Shown here: positions 9,210 to 17,331 of the stretch, piece by piece
Layout of the letters: every line of letters begins with the position of its first letter
Position numbering within the stretch: position 1 is the first letter of the stretch
Assembly (NCBI GenBank): GCA_030614005.1
Contig: JAUWKS010000006.1
Span: 1 to 32,000, forward strand
Source of the DNA: Candidatus Heimdallarchaeota archaeon
GTDB taxonomy: Archaea; Asgardarchaeota; Heimdallarchaeia; JABLTI01
Direction of reading: 5' to 3'
DNA length: 32,000 bases
The notes under the pieces: model-generated
What the model saw: the letters and a program-made list of their open reading frames with translations, nothing else
Databases searched by the model: none
Told to the model about the DNA's origin: nothing
Made by a program: the position numbers and the translations under genes

Positions 9210-9899
9210 ATGTTACATAATTTTGTTTTTCGAAATAAAATAATTCGTGTTCTCGAAGACAGACTCACTAACTGGGAGCAAAAAGGATTTCTAATTTCGA
9301 CATTAATTGAGAGAGAAAGCAACGGATTAGCCGTTTTTACGCGTCTAGTAGAGAAACACTGGAAAGTAAAAATAAGAAAAGGTGCTGCATCAGTTGCTGC
9401 TTATATGAAATATAAACAAGTTACACCGGTATTTATTGGAAGAATTTTTCTGGAAAAAGATTGGAGCGTCAGGTATGCTCTCTCTTCTACAACTGCTCGT
9501 TTGATCGGTAGTGAAGCGATTGAAAAATTACAGAACAAGTATAATGAACTTCTATTACAACAAACTGATAATAATAAGAAATATTTCTTGACAGTGCACT
9601 ATGCGGAGAGTTTAAGCTCTATGGGTTTGGAAGCAACTATTCCTATTTTAATTGAGATGCTTGAGCAAGCAATCAGTCATCAAAGGAAACAATCGAATTC
9701 TCTTATTGTACAGATCCTTTATGGCTTGGGAGAAGTTGGCAATGAAGAGGTAATCGATGTTTTACTCGCAAAAAGAAATGCAAACGCTTTCTTTGCAGAG
9801 AGCGTTAAAAATAGTGCTCATCATGCATTAGATAAACTTGCGAAGAAATATGGTGCCAGTTCAATTTTCCGTTATTTAGAGAAAAGAGGTGAAAATTAG
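9210..9899 (+). CDS. HEAT/PBS-lyase-like repeat protein
   Basis: VRYALSSTTARLIG, IVQILYGLGEVGNEEVIDVL, VKNSAHHALDKL; ATG 9210 has GAGG 8 nt upstream (alternative TTG 9189). Confidence 0.7.
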   Translation: MLHNFVFRNKIIRVLEDRLTNWEQKGFLISTLIERESNGLAVFTRLVEKHWKVKIRKGAASVAAYMKYKQVTPVFIGRIFLEKDWSVRYALSSTTARLIGSEAIEKLQNKYNELLLQQTDNNKKYFLTVHYAESLSSMGLEATIPILIEMLEQAISHQRKQSNSLIVQILYGLGEVGNEEVIDVLLAKRNANAFFAESVKNSAHHALDKLAKKYGASSIFRYLEKRGEN

Positions 9900-10013
9900 C
9901 GAAAGATATTTGTTCGTGCACATCCAAACGTATTAAAGGAGCTGAAAAAAACATCGTTTAGTGAACAATAATATATCATCTTTTTCCAAATATTACTAAG
10001 AAGAGGGTACTTC

Positions 10014-11432
10014 TTGCTTACCAACAGAGTATATATTCAAACACAGTTGAAAATGCACATTTCAAACATCTTATTCTTTGCTATTAACATATTTCATATT
10101 GTTCTTGCTTCAACATCAAATATTGTTACCCAAACTGATACGTTTCTAAAATTCAGAATTCTCTTTTTTAGTGATTTTAACTTAATTAGATTTCTTTTAG
10201 CTTTAGGAATTGTATTAGCTCAAATATTTTTATCATATTTAGTTTTAAATAGAAAATTCCGAAAAGCTGAGCTGGTGCTAATAACCGAAAGTGGTTTAGC
10301 AGGAGAAAATAATGACAAAATTCTCCAAGATTTACGACTTAACCCAAAACAAATCTATGAATGGGTTCATTCGATGGCAGATGAACAAAATATTAAATCT
10401 ATCAGAAGAATTTATCTTACTGATACAAGCATACCAAATGCTTTAACCATTGATGTTTTGCCGTTACCTCTTATCAGGAGATCTTGGATAGTTTTAGATG
10501 CTAATATTCTAGAAGTACTTGAAGAACGAGAGATAAAAGCAGTTATTTCGCATGAATTAGGTCACGTAAAAAGATTTGATGGCATTGTGAATTTATTTAG
10601 ATTTGGTGTTAATTATCTTGTATTTTTAGCATATGCTTTTTTGATAGTATCAATAATTTATCATATAATTGCAGATAAACCAGTCGTAGCACTAGATATT
10701 GCCTTGAAAATTGTTTACCTATTAGTTGTTTTATTCATCATTTATATTTTTACAATAATTAACAATCTTTTGATTAATTTTTCAAGAAGACAATCTGAAT
10801 TAGTTGCAGACTATTATTCAGCAAGAACGATTGGACGAAATCACATAATAAATGCCTTAGTTTTATTAGGACAGAGAATGGATGTAATTTCCGCTTTTGG
10901 GGCTGAATTTAAATGGTTGGGCAGTTTAGAAGGAAAAGAAAATCTAACAAGAGAATTCATTCAAGGTTTGAAGACTCTTCCACCTAAGGAAATAACTAAG
11001 AAAATTTCTCGAGAAAAAGCGGTATCAATTTACGTTAGTCAACGATTGAAAAATATCCGTGATGATTTATTCGTTCCTCTAACAAATGATCAAATCAATA
11101 AATTAACAGAGGTTTCAAGTAAAAAACTCCTGAAAGTTAGGGAAAATTCAGTAGAAAATGGATTTGCGATACATAGGCAACTAAAAGCTGATATTCATAA
11201 ATTAACAATTGATTGGTTATCAATAGACAAAGATAAAGACCTGTACTTGCAAGATGAAGAAATTGATAATCTAATTAAGATAATCAAAAGAAACCCAGAA
11301 AAGGAATTATTCGAGGAAGAAATACAAAAGCGAAGAACAATCATCGGTTACGATCATCCTTCTATAAAACAACGAATACTCTTTTTATATGAAGCATTAG
11401 AGAATAAATCCCGCTCTGAAGATACTAGTTGA
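10014..11432 (+). CDS. M48 (HtpX/Ste24-like) membrane zinc metalloprotease with long C-terminal insertion
   Basis: PNAL, EIKAVISHELGH (HExxH), ELVADYYSA, HPSIKQRI; two TM hairpins; TTG start after GAGGG. Confidence 0.9.
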   Translation: MLTNRVYIQTQLKMHISNILFFAINIFHIVLASTSNIVTQTDTFLKFRILFFSDFNLIRFLLALGIVLAQIFLSYLVLNRKFRKAELVLITESGLAGENNDKILQDLRLNPKQIYEWVHSMADEQNIKSIRRIYLTDTSIPNALTIDVLPLPLIRRSWIVLDANILEVLEEREIKAVISHELGHVKRFDGIVNLFRFGVNYLVFLAYAFLIVSIIYHIIADKPVVALDIALKIVYLLVVLFIIYIFTIINNLLINFSRRQSELVADYYSARTIGRNHIINALVLLGQRMDVISAFGAEFKWLGSLEGKENLTREFIQGLKTLPPKEITKKISREKAVSIYVSQRLKNIRDDLFVPLTNDQINKLTEVSSKKLLKVRENSVENGFAIHRQLKADIHKLTIDWLSIDKDKDLYLQDEEIDNLIKIIKRNPEKELFEEEIQKRRTIIGYDHPSIKQRILFLYEALENKSRSEDTS

Positions 11433-11531
11433 ATACTTTCTGTTTACTCTTCAGAAAACCTTCCTAAATAAGAAAAGCTTATTCTAAACCGAAATGTGAA
11501 TAACTTTAATCGCTCTTTTGGAAGGTTAGAA

Positions 11532-11795
11532 ATGGTAGCCAAAGATATTGTTCGGAAAAAAATTAATTCGGATTCATCTGATGATGAATATGTAGAAACA
11601 AATGATTTTTGTAATGATTGTTTATACAGTTGGTGTTCTAAAAGAGATATGGTTTCATATTGTACTATGAAATCAAAAGGATTATTCGAGTGTAGAAGTT
11701 GCATGATAAAATTAATGAGTGCCTATGAAAAGGAGCTTTTAATTAGTGATGAAACAAAAACCACTGAAAACAAGAAAATTCCTTTAACAATTTAA
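11532..11795 (+). CDS. Small six-cysteine putative metal-binding protein
   Basis: C-x2-C-x4-C-x8-C-x9-C-x2-C; ATG 11532 preceded by GGAAGG (ORF track start GTG 11496). Confidence 0.65.
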   Translation: MVAKDIVRKKINSDSSDDEYVETNDFCNDCLYSWCSKRDMVSYCTMKSKGLFECRSCMIKLMSAYEKELLISDETKTTENKKIPLTI

Positions 11796-11924
11796 TTAAA
11801 TGAATTAAAACACTCGTCCCAATCGAAAAAATTTGTTGACTAAATTTTTTATCCTTATGCACATTTCAAAAGTATTTTATTTAAGGTTGAACGTTTACAT
11901 CTAAATTGATGTGTGGAATAACCT

Positions 11925-12347
11925 TTGGTATTTAATTTACATTTCTTCTACTGGCATGAAGTGATGGGTCCTTTATCTTACTCTTCACACGGGAAATTTG
12001 AGATAAGTCAAGAAGATATTTTCATGCTCTTAAGTTCAGTAGAACCTTATACAGCATCAAGTGAATCAACAATCTCTGGACCATATTATATTGAAAAAGA
12101 AGTTATTATGGTCTATAACAGAAGTATAAATTATCCTGAAGCAAATGATGAACGGTTGCGAATTATGGGTACTGATTCTTGGGTAATGATTTCTTGCGAA
12201 GAGAAAAATGAATTAGTTCTTCTTTCTAAAATAGAGATTGCTAAAATGGTTTTAGATATAGAGTTTGGTACCATTGAAGAAATATGTCAATTAACTACCG
12301 AAATGGCTGAACAAGCTACCAGAGCGATTCTAGATATCTATAGTTAA
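11925..12347 (+). CDS. Stand-alone uDENN/longin-like domain protein
   Basis: LHFFYWHEVMGP matches the strand-F/W-x-x-x-x-GP start of uDENN domains; NDERLRIMG...WVMI resembles the D-x-R-x-G loop; about 140 aa; TTG start. Confidence 0.55.
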   Translation: MVFNLHFFYWHEVMGPLSYSSHGKFEISQEDIFMLLSSVEPYTASSESTISGPYYIEKEVIMVYNRSINYPEANDERLRIMGTDSWVMISCEEKNELVLLSKIEIAKMVLDIEFGTIEEICQLTTEMAEQATRAILDIYS

Positions 12348-12416
12348 TCTTTTTTTAACATTCAAAATCATCGAAATAGTTATTATAATATTAATAATCT
12401 ATTGCAAAGAGAAAGC

Positions 12417-12485
12417 ACCCCGATTTAATTTACTGGTCACTTTAATCCATAGAAGTCAAAAATGGTGACCAGCGATAGTTAGGGT
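12417..12485 (+). promoter_or_regulatory. Putative stem-loop in the region upstream of tldD
   Basis: Perfect 8-bp inverted repeat CTGGTCAC (12433-12440)/GTGACCAG (12465-12472), plus outer ACCC (12417-12420)/GGGT (12482-12485). Confidence 0.4.
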
Positions 12486-12527
12486 AAGTTAGAAGTTAAT
12501 ATTAACAGAATAATTGGTGAATGTTAT

Positions 12528-13952
12528 TTGTTCGATTTACTAAGATATGGTATCTCTACTGGAGAAAAGTTAGGTGCAGATTACGTTGAAGCGCGATTCG
12601 ATGACCTACAACTTCGAACTCTAGTAAAAGAGAACCAAAAAATTAAGGAAACAAATCTCAATAGACGTAGAGGACTGGGAATAGTAACCTATTATCAAGG
12701 TGTCCCAGGATACTCCTATACTGCGAGTTTGGAACGAAAGGCAGTAAAAGGATGTGCAAAAAATGCCTTTGGAATTGCAAAAGCTTCAGCTAGCATTGCT
12801 AGTATTAAACTCAATTTTGAACGCAGAGAAAAAACAACGAAAGTACATGATCTAAAATTATCAATCGAAAAACATCCAAAAGATTTTGATTTGGAATATA
12901 AAATTGATTTAATGAATCGCATTGAAACAAGCGCACTTGCTGATGTTGACTGGGTTAAATCATCAAGAGCTTTATATGGCGAATTTTATGGAAATAAATT
13001 TTTTATGAATAGCGATGGAGATGAAATCTCTTGGGAACCATTAGTTATTGATTTAAGAGTAAGTTTAACAGCTGCTGGTTCTGGAGACAATCTCGTAAGT
13101 GGGGGAAATGGAAAAGGAGGTTCAAAGGGATTAGAGCTCTTTGACATTAAGAAAAATACTCCAGAATACTTAGGACAAGAAGTTCATAAATGGACTAATG
13201 AGCAAAGAGAAGCAAAAGCTGCTCCCGCAGGAAAATATAGAGCATTATGTGACAATAACTTAAGTGGAGTATTAGCTCACGAATCCTTTGGTCATTGTAC
13301 AGAGGCAGATTTTATTTTGACAAATAGCTCTGCATTAAAGGACAAAATCGGTGTTCAAATAGGAACAGATATTGTGAATATTTATGATGAAGGAACACCC
13401 GAAGGAGACTACAATAGTTTCTGGTTACCTTATGATGATGAAGGAACTAAAACAACAAAAACTGTCCTTGTAGAAAATGGTTTACTTAAAGGATACCTAC
13501 ACAATAGATCTACAGCAAAAATGCTTGGAGAAGAACCCTCAGGAAATGCCAGAGCAATAAGCTATCGTTTCAATCCAATTCAACGAATGAAAAATACCTA
13601 TTTTGCCCCTGGAGACTTAACAGAGGAAGAAGCTATTGAACAACTTAAAGAAGGCATTTATGCAATCCAAACTTCGGGAGGACAAGTTAACCCAAGTGAT
13701 GGAACATTCCTATTCAAAGCAAGAAGAGGATATTGGGTAGAGAATGGTGAAATAAAATACCCAATTAAAGATGTTACAATCAAAGGAGATATCCTTTCAC
13801 TATTAATGAATGTTGAAGGATTGACAAAAGACTTAGAGATATCTAGTGGGTACTTTGGTGGATGCGGAAAAGGTGGACAATTTCCACTGCCAGTTGGCCT
13901 TGGCTCATCAAAAATCCTTTTCTCTGAGGCTACTTTTGGAGGCGAACAATAA
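12528..13952 (+). CDS. tldD: TldD metalloprotease subunit
   Basis: GADYVEAR, LAHESFGHCTEAD (HExxxH), YDDEG, RMKNTYFAPG, C-terminal CGKGGQ Zn-ligand Cys. Confidence 0.95.
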   Translation: MFDLLRYGISTGEKLGADYVEARFDDLQLRTLVKENQKIKETNLNRRRGLGIVTYYQGVPGYSYTASLERKAVKGCAKNAFGIAKASASIASIKLNFERREKTTKVHDLKLSIEKHPKDFDLEYKIDLMNRIETSALADVDWVKSSRALYGEFYGNKFFMNSDGDEISWEPLVIDLRVSLTAAGSGDNLVSGGNGKGGSKGLELFDIKKNTPEYLGQEVHKWTNEQREAKAAPAGKYRALCDNNLSGVLAHESFGHCTEADFILTNSSALKDKIGVQIGTDIVNIYDEGTPEGDYNSFWLPYDDEGTKTTKTVLVENGLLKGYLHNRSTAKMLGEEPSGNARAISYRFNPIQRMKNTYFAPGDLTEEEAIEQLKEGIYAIQTSGGQVNPSDGTFLFKARRGYWVENGEIKYPIKDVTIKGDILSLLMNVEGLTKDLEISSGYFGGCGKGGQFPLPVGLGSSKILFSEATFGGEQ

Positions 13953-15313
13953 TGAAATTTGATACTTTAAAAGATGATCTTTTAGCCCTTGCTGATACAG
14001 GTCTTAAATATGCTAAAAATCAAGGTGCAGATCAAGCTGAAATCTATGTCAGTAGTATGCACAATATCAATATTAACAACCAATCTGGAATGATTGAAGC
14101 TAAAGATGGCTTAAATGAAGGTATTGGTGTACGTGTTGCTATTGGTAAATGCCTTGGTTTTGCTGCTATGAGCGGTTTAACCGATGATGCGTTAAAACAT
14201 GCTGTCTCTGAAGCATTGTCAGTAGCCAAATCCGTGAAACAAGATAACGAAGGTTTTGACTCATTTGTTTCAAAAGGGAAAGTAGGCAAAGATGGCATTC
14301 TTGATTCCAAAATTGTTGAAATGTCTACTGAAGAGTTAGTTCAAAGTGCTAATTCGATTTATCTAGAAGCTAAGAATTTTGATAAGAGAGTTATCTCTCC
14401 ATCTGCTCAAGTTCAATCATTCTATGGTGGGCATGCGGTAGTAAATTCCGAAGGAGTTGCTGGTGCATCTAAAGCAACAGTATTCGTTATTGTAACTTTT
14501 ACCACTGCTGCAGAAGGCGAGAAGCGCAAGAGTGCTTTTGATTTTAAAGTAACTCGTGAAGTTCCTGAATTTGAAAATATTGGTGCTAAAGCTGCTGAGA
14601 AAGCAGTAAAGCTTCTTGATTCCAAACCTATGGAACATACAGGAGTACTTCCCACTTTGTGGAATCCAAATGTAATGTCTAGTTTCTGGCAAATGTCTCT
14701 TGCCCAATCCATCAATGGTAGACAAGTAGTTGAGAAGAACAGTTATTTCATGGACAAGCTTGGTGACCAAGTTGGCATTGGTAAATTATCAGTAACCGAC
14801 GATGGCCAATTACCTGAAGGTTTGAATACCACAGCCATTGATCATGAAGGTGCTACTCGACAAACTACTCCTATTATTGAGAAAGGAGTTTTGCGTTCCT
14901 TCTTGTACGATAGCTATTATGGAAGATTAGGTAAGGTAAAAAGTACTGGAAATGCTGACAGACGTCAAGGGTATGAAAGTACACCAACCATTTCTTCTTC
15001 AACAGTAGTTATCACTCCTGGAACAAAAAGCTTCGATAAGATGGTCTCTAGCATTGACAAAGGTGTTTATGTTATGGATAATGTTATGGGCATGGGTCAT
15101 TCCAACCTTATTTCTGGTGATTTCTCAGTTGTAGCGACATCCGCTTATCTGATAGAAAAAGGAGAAATTTCTCATCCATTAGAGCCTATAACTATCGCAG
15201 GAAACCTCTACAAGAGCTTTAAAGATATCCAAACAATTGGTTCGGATTCAAAACTCTTACAAGCAGTTAAGACTCCTTCAATGTTATTTGATGGTTTTAC
15301 TGTTGTAGGATAA
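13952..15313 (+). CDS. pmbA: PmbA/TldE non-catalytic subunit
   Basis: GADQAE, GIGVRV, DHEG, GVLRSFLYD, SGDFS, TIAGN; no HExxH; start overlaps the tldD stop (TAATG). Confidence 0.93.
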   Translation: MKFDTLKDDLLALADTGLKYAKNQGADQAEIYVSSMHNININNQSGMIEAKDGLNEGIGVRVAIGKCLGFAAMSGLTDDALKHAVSEALSVAKSVKQDNEGFDSFVSKGKVGKDGILDSKIVEMSTEELVQSANSIYLEAKNFDKRVISPSAQVQSFYGGHAVVNSEGVAGASKATVFVIVTFTTAAEGEKRKSAFDFKVTREVPEFENIGAKAAEKAVKLLDSKPMEHTGVLPTLWNPNVMSSFWQMSLAQSINGRQVVEKNSYFMDKLGDQVGIGKLSVTDDGQLPEGLNTTAIDHEGATRQTTPIIEKGVLRSFLYDSYYGRLGKVKSTGNADRRQGYESTPTISSSTVVITPGTKSFDKMVSSIDKGVYVMDNVMGMGHSNLISGDFSVVATSAYLIEKGEISHPLEPITIAGNLYKSFKDIQTIGSDSKLLQAVKTPSMLFDGFTVVG

Positions 15314-15320
15314 AATGAAA

Positions 15321-15360
15321 CACCTCTGGAAAATTCCGAGGTGAAACCTTATTTTTTTTA
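15321..15360 (+). terminator. Hairpin plus T-tract between convergent genes
   Basis: CACCTC-T-GGAAATTCC-GAGGTG (15321-15342) followed by a T run, 7 nt after the pmbA stop. Confidence 0.55.
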
Positions 15361-16380
15361 TCTTTTGCCGCCACATTTAGAGCATATATGTTCGTATTTT
15401 TCAAATTTCTCATTGCAGAATGGACATTCATAAATGAAGTTGTAGTCTTCCGGTAAATCTTGAGCTGGAGGAATTATTTTACCATTCTCGTCACTAATGG
15501 TGTTTTCATCATTTTCTTCGTCTTTCTCAATAGTGCTATAATCTATTTTACTATATCTTCTTCTAACATAGATAATACTAATTAAGATTAGACTGTAAAT
15601 CCATTGAAAACCAAACGATGCACCAAAACCTACCAAAAAATTCTGAAAGAATGAATAACCAATGGCCATATTTGACTCTTTTAAGGTTGCTGTAAATGCC
15701 ATCACACTTGAAGATGAAACTGATTCTAAAGTTACATTATACTCAATCATAAATCCATGTTTAGCCGAATAAACAAGATAAAAATGTCCATTGAAACTTT
15801 CACCAAAATGTGACTGAGCTACCTTTCCCTGGAAAATATAAACATCTACCCAAGCGCCTTGGAATGGATATTTCGTGTGATGTGTAGAATTTCTTTGTGG
15901 TATTGTTGTGATAGTAGGACTATGAAGATAGAATTCTTGTTGTTCTTTCCAATTGACATTAATCATAGATATTGGAGCAATAATGTCTGCAACTGTTAAA
16001 GTAGCTGCAGTTGAATGACTTCCTGAAGTTCCAAGAGGCAACATTTTCATAGCATCATTTGGATTAATGATTGGTGTTCTAATTCTATGACTACTATCTG
16101 AATAATTTAAAATGAAATTACCATCATTTTGAACTTGATAAACATCAAGATCAAACTCTCTAATATTCCTAAAAGCCACTACTTCGAAACCAACGTAATC
16201 GGTTCCAGTATAGTTAAAATCCCATTTAAAAGCGCTGCCTGCTTTTATGCCCCCTACTACCCTTGCTCCTTGAGTATCTGTTACAAAGGAAATTGTTGTA
16301 CCTACTCCTAAACAAATCAAAATTACCCATGCTGTTCTTATTATCGCTTTATGTCGTTTCATTTCTCCCAAATTCCACAA
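15358..16380 (-). CDS. Membrane-anchored surface protein with C-terminal cytoplasmic Zn ribbon
   Basis: N-terminal hydrophobic helix, beta-rich ectodomain, TM (FLVGFG...IIYV) then RRR, acidic linker, CPFC-x10-CSKC; start could be ATG 16362. Confidence 0.75.
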   Translation of the reverse strand: MWNLGEMKRHKAIIRTAWVILICLGVGTTISFVTDTQGARVVGGIKAGSAFKWDFNYTGTDYVGFEVVAFRNIREFDLDVYQVQNDGNFILNYSDSSHRIRTPIINPNDAMKMLPLGTSGSHSTAATLTVADIIAPISMINVNWKEQQEFYLHSPTITTIPQRNSTHHTKYPFQGAWVDVYIFQGKVAQSHFGESFNGHFYLVYSAKHGFMIEYNVTLESVSSSSVMAFTATLKESNMAIGYSFFQNFLVGFGASFGFQWIYSLILISIIYVRRRYSKIDYSTIEKDEENDENTISDENGKIIPPAQDLPEDYNFIYECPFCNEKFEKYEHICSKCGGKR

Positions 16381-16474
16381 TTTACTAGTTACCTAATAAC
16401 TGATAGAACATTATATATTTTTTTCCTTAACTAAGGGATTTCTTTCTTTACCAAAAAAAAGCTAAGAATTGGAT

Positions 16475-17308
16475 TTATTCTTTCAAATCCATTTCTTTTA
16501 TTAGTTTGTTCATTCCATGAAGATATTTTAAAAGATTGTTTTTAATAGAATGAATATCGCTTTGAATTTCTATAATTTCTGCTTTAATATTTTTAATTTC
16601 CAAATCAATGATCTGTATTTTTTTCTGCAAACCAATTGTACTTATTTCATTTAACTTCTCCACTTCATTCGGAGCCTGGTAAGCTTTCCTAATTTCAGTG
16701 CTTTTCTTTTCTTTTCGTATGTGGAGATCTGCTGCTAATTTCTTAATTTGAGGTGAGTTTTTACCTGCCTCTAAAAGTAACTTTCCGGTTATTTTATTGA
16801 ATAATAGGTCTATATTTTCTCCAGTCAATGCACTGGTGCTAATATGTAAGATGTCATGACCCATCTCCTTTGACAAATTTTTTAGAAAATTTTTGAGATA
16901 ATCATCATCTGTTTTCTTTCTGTCTACCAAATCGTTTTTATTGCCAACAACAACAAATGTTTCAATTGAGCCATTACTATTCCTTTTGACTTCTTTAACC
17001 CACTTTGGCAAGTTTAAAAGTGTTTTATTATCTGTAATATCATAGACCAACATTGCTGCTTGAGATCCTGAGTAAAAGCTTGCACGAACTTTATCGAATT
17101 TTTGCTGCCCAGCGAGATCGAAAATTTGGTATTGAACTGTTAAATTGTCTGACAGTTTTATTCGCTTGGTTGCGAAATCTGCTCCGATAGTATAAATGTA
17201 TTCCTTTATTGTAGTTTCCCCTAAATATTTTCTTCTTATACTTGTCTTACCAACAGCAGGGTCACCAATAATTACAATTTTCCAAACTAATTTTGCCAAC
17301 TTTATCAT
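16475..17308 (-). CDS. Rab-like small GTPase with C-terminal coiled-coil extension
   Basis: G1 GDPAVGKT, G2 T(IGADF), G3 DLAGQ, G4 NKND, G5 SAL; about 95 aa tail with heptad repeat. Confidence 0.93.
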   Translation of the reverse strand: MIKLAKLVWKIVIIGDPAVGKTSIRRKYLGETTIKEYIYTIGADFATKRIKLSDNLTVQYQIFDLAGQQKFDKVRASFYSGSQAAMLVYDITDNKTLLNLPKWVKEVKRNSNGSIETFVVVGNKNDLVDRKKTDDDYLKNFLKNLSKEMGHDILHISTSALTGENIDLLFNKITGKLLLEAGKNSPQIKKLAADLHIRKEKKSTEIRKAYQAPNEVEKLNEISTIGLQKKIQIIDLEIKNIKAEIIEIQSDIHSIKNNLLKYLHGMNKLIKEMDLKE

Positions 17309-17331
17309 TTCCGTTTATTTTTACTATTAAT

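Noticed and set aside
9897-9971. 23 open codons after the TAG stop of the HEAT gene (possible pyrrolysine or readthrough)
   Set aside because: An open run this long is common by chance; no pyl genes or other internal TAGs are seen in the window
12433-12472. Hairpin as a SECIS element; 6-codon uORF MVTSDS at 12462-12482
   Set aside because: No in-frame TGA in neighbouring genes and no clear SECIS core; the uORF is too short and lacks an SD
12528-15313. tldD-pmbA as part of a RiPP (microcin-like) cluster
   Set aside because: No YcaO, radical SAM, exporter or Gly/Ser/Cys-rich precursor nearby; stand-alone tldD-pmbA pairs are widespread
9210-15313. One proteolysis operon from the HEAT gene through pmbA
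   Set aside because: Spacers of about 100-180 bp with T-rich terminator-like and TATA-like sequences suggest separate transcripts; only tldD-pmbA are coupled
10014-17308. M48 protease as a Ste24-like CaaX processor for the Rab-like GTPase
   Set aside because: Neither the GTPase nor DnaJ has a C-terminal Cys motif, and no prenyltransferase is in the window
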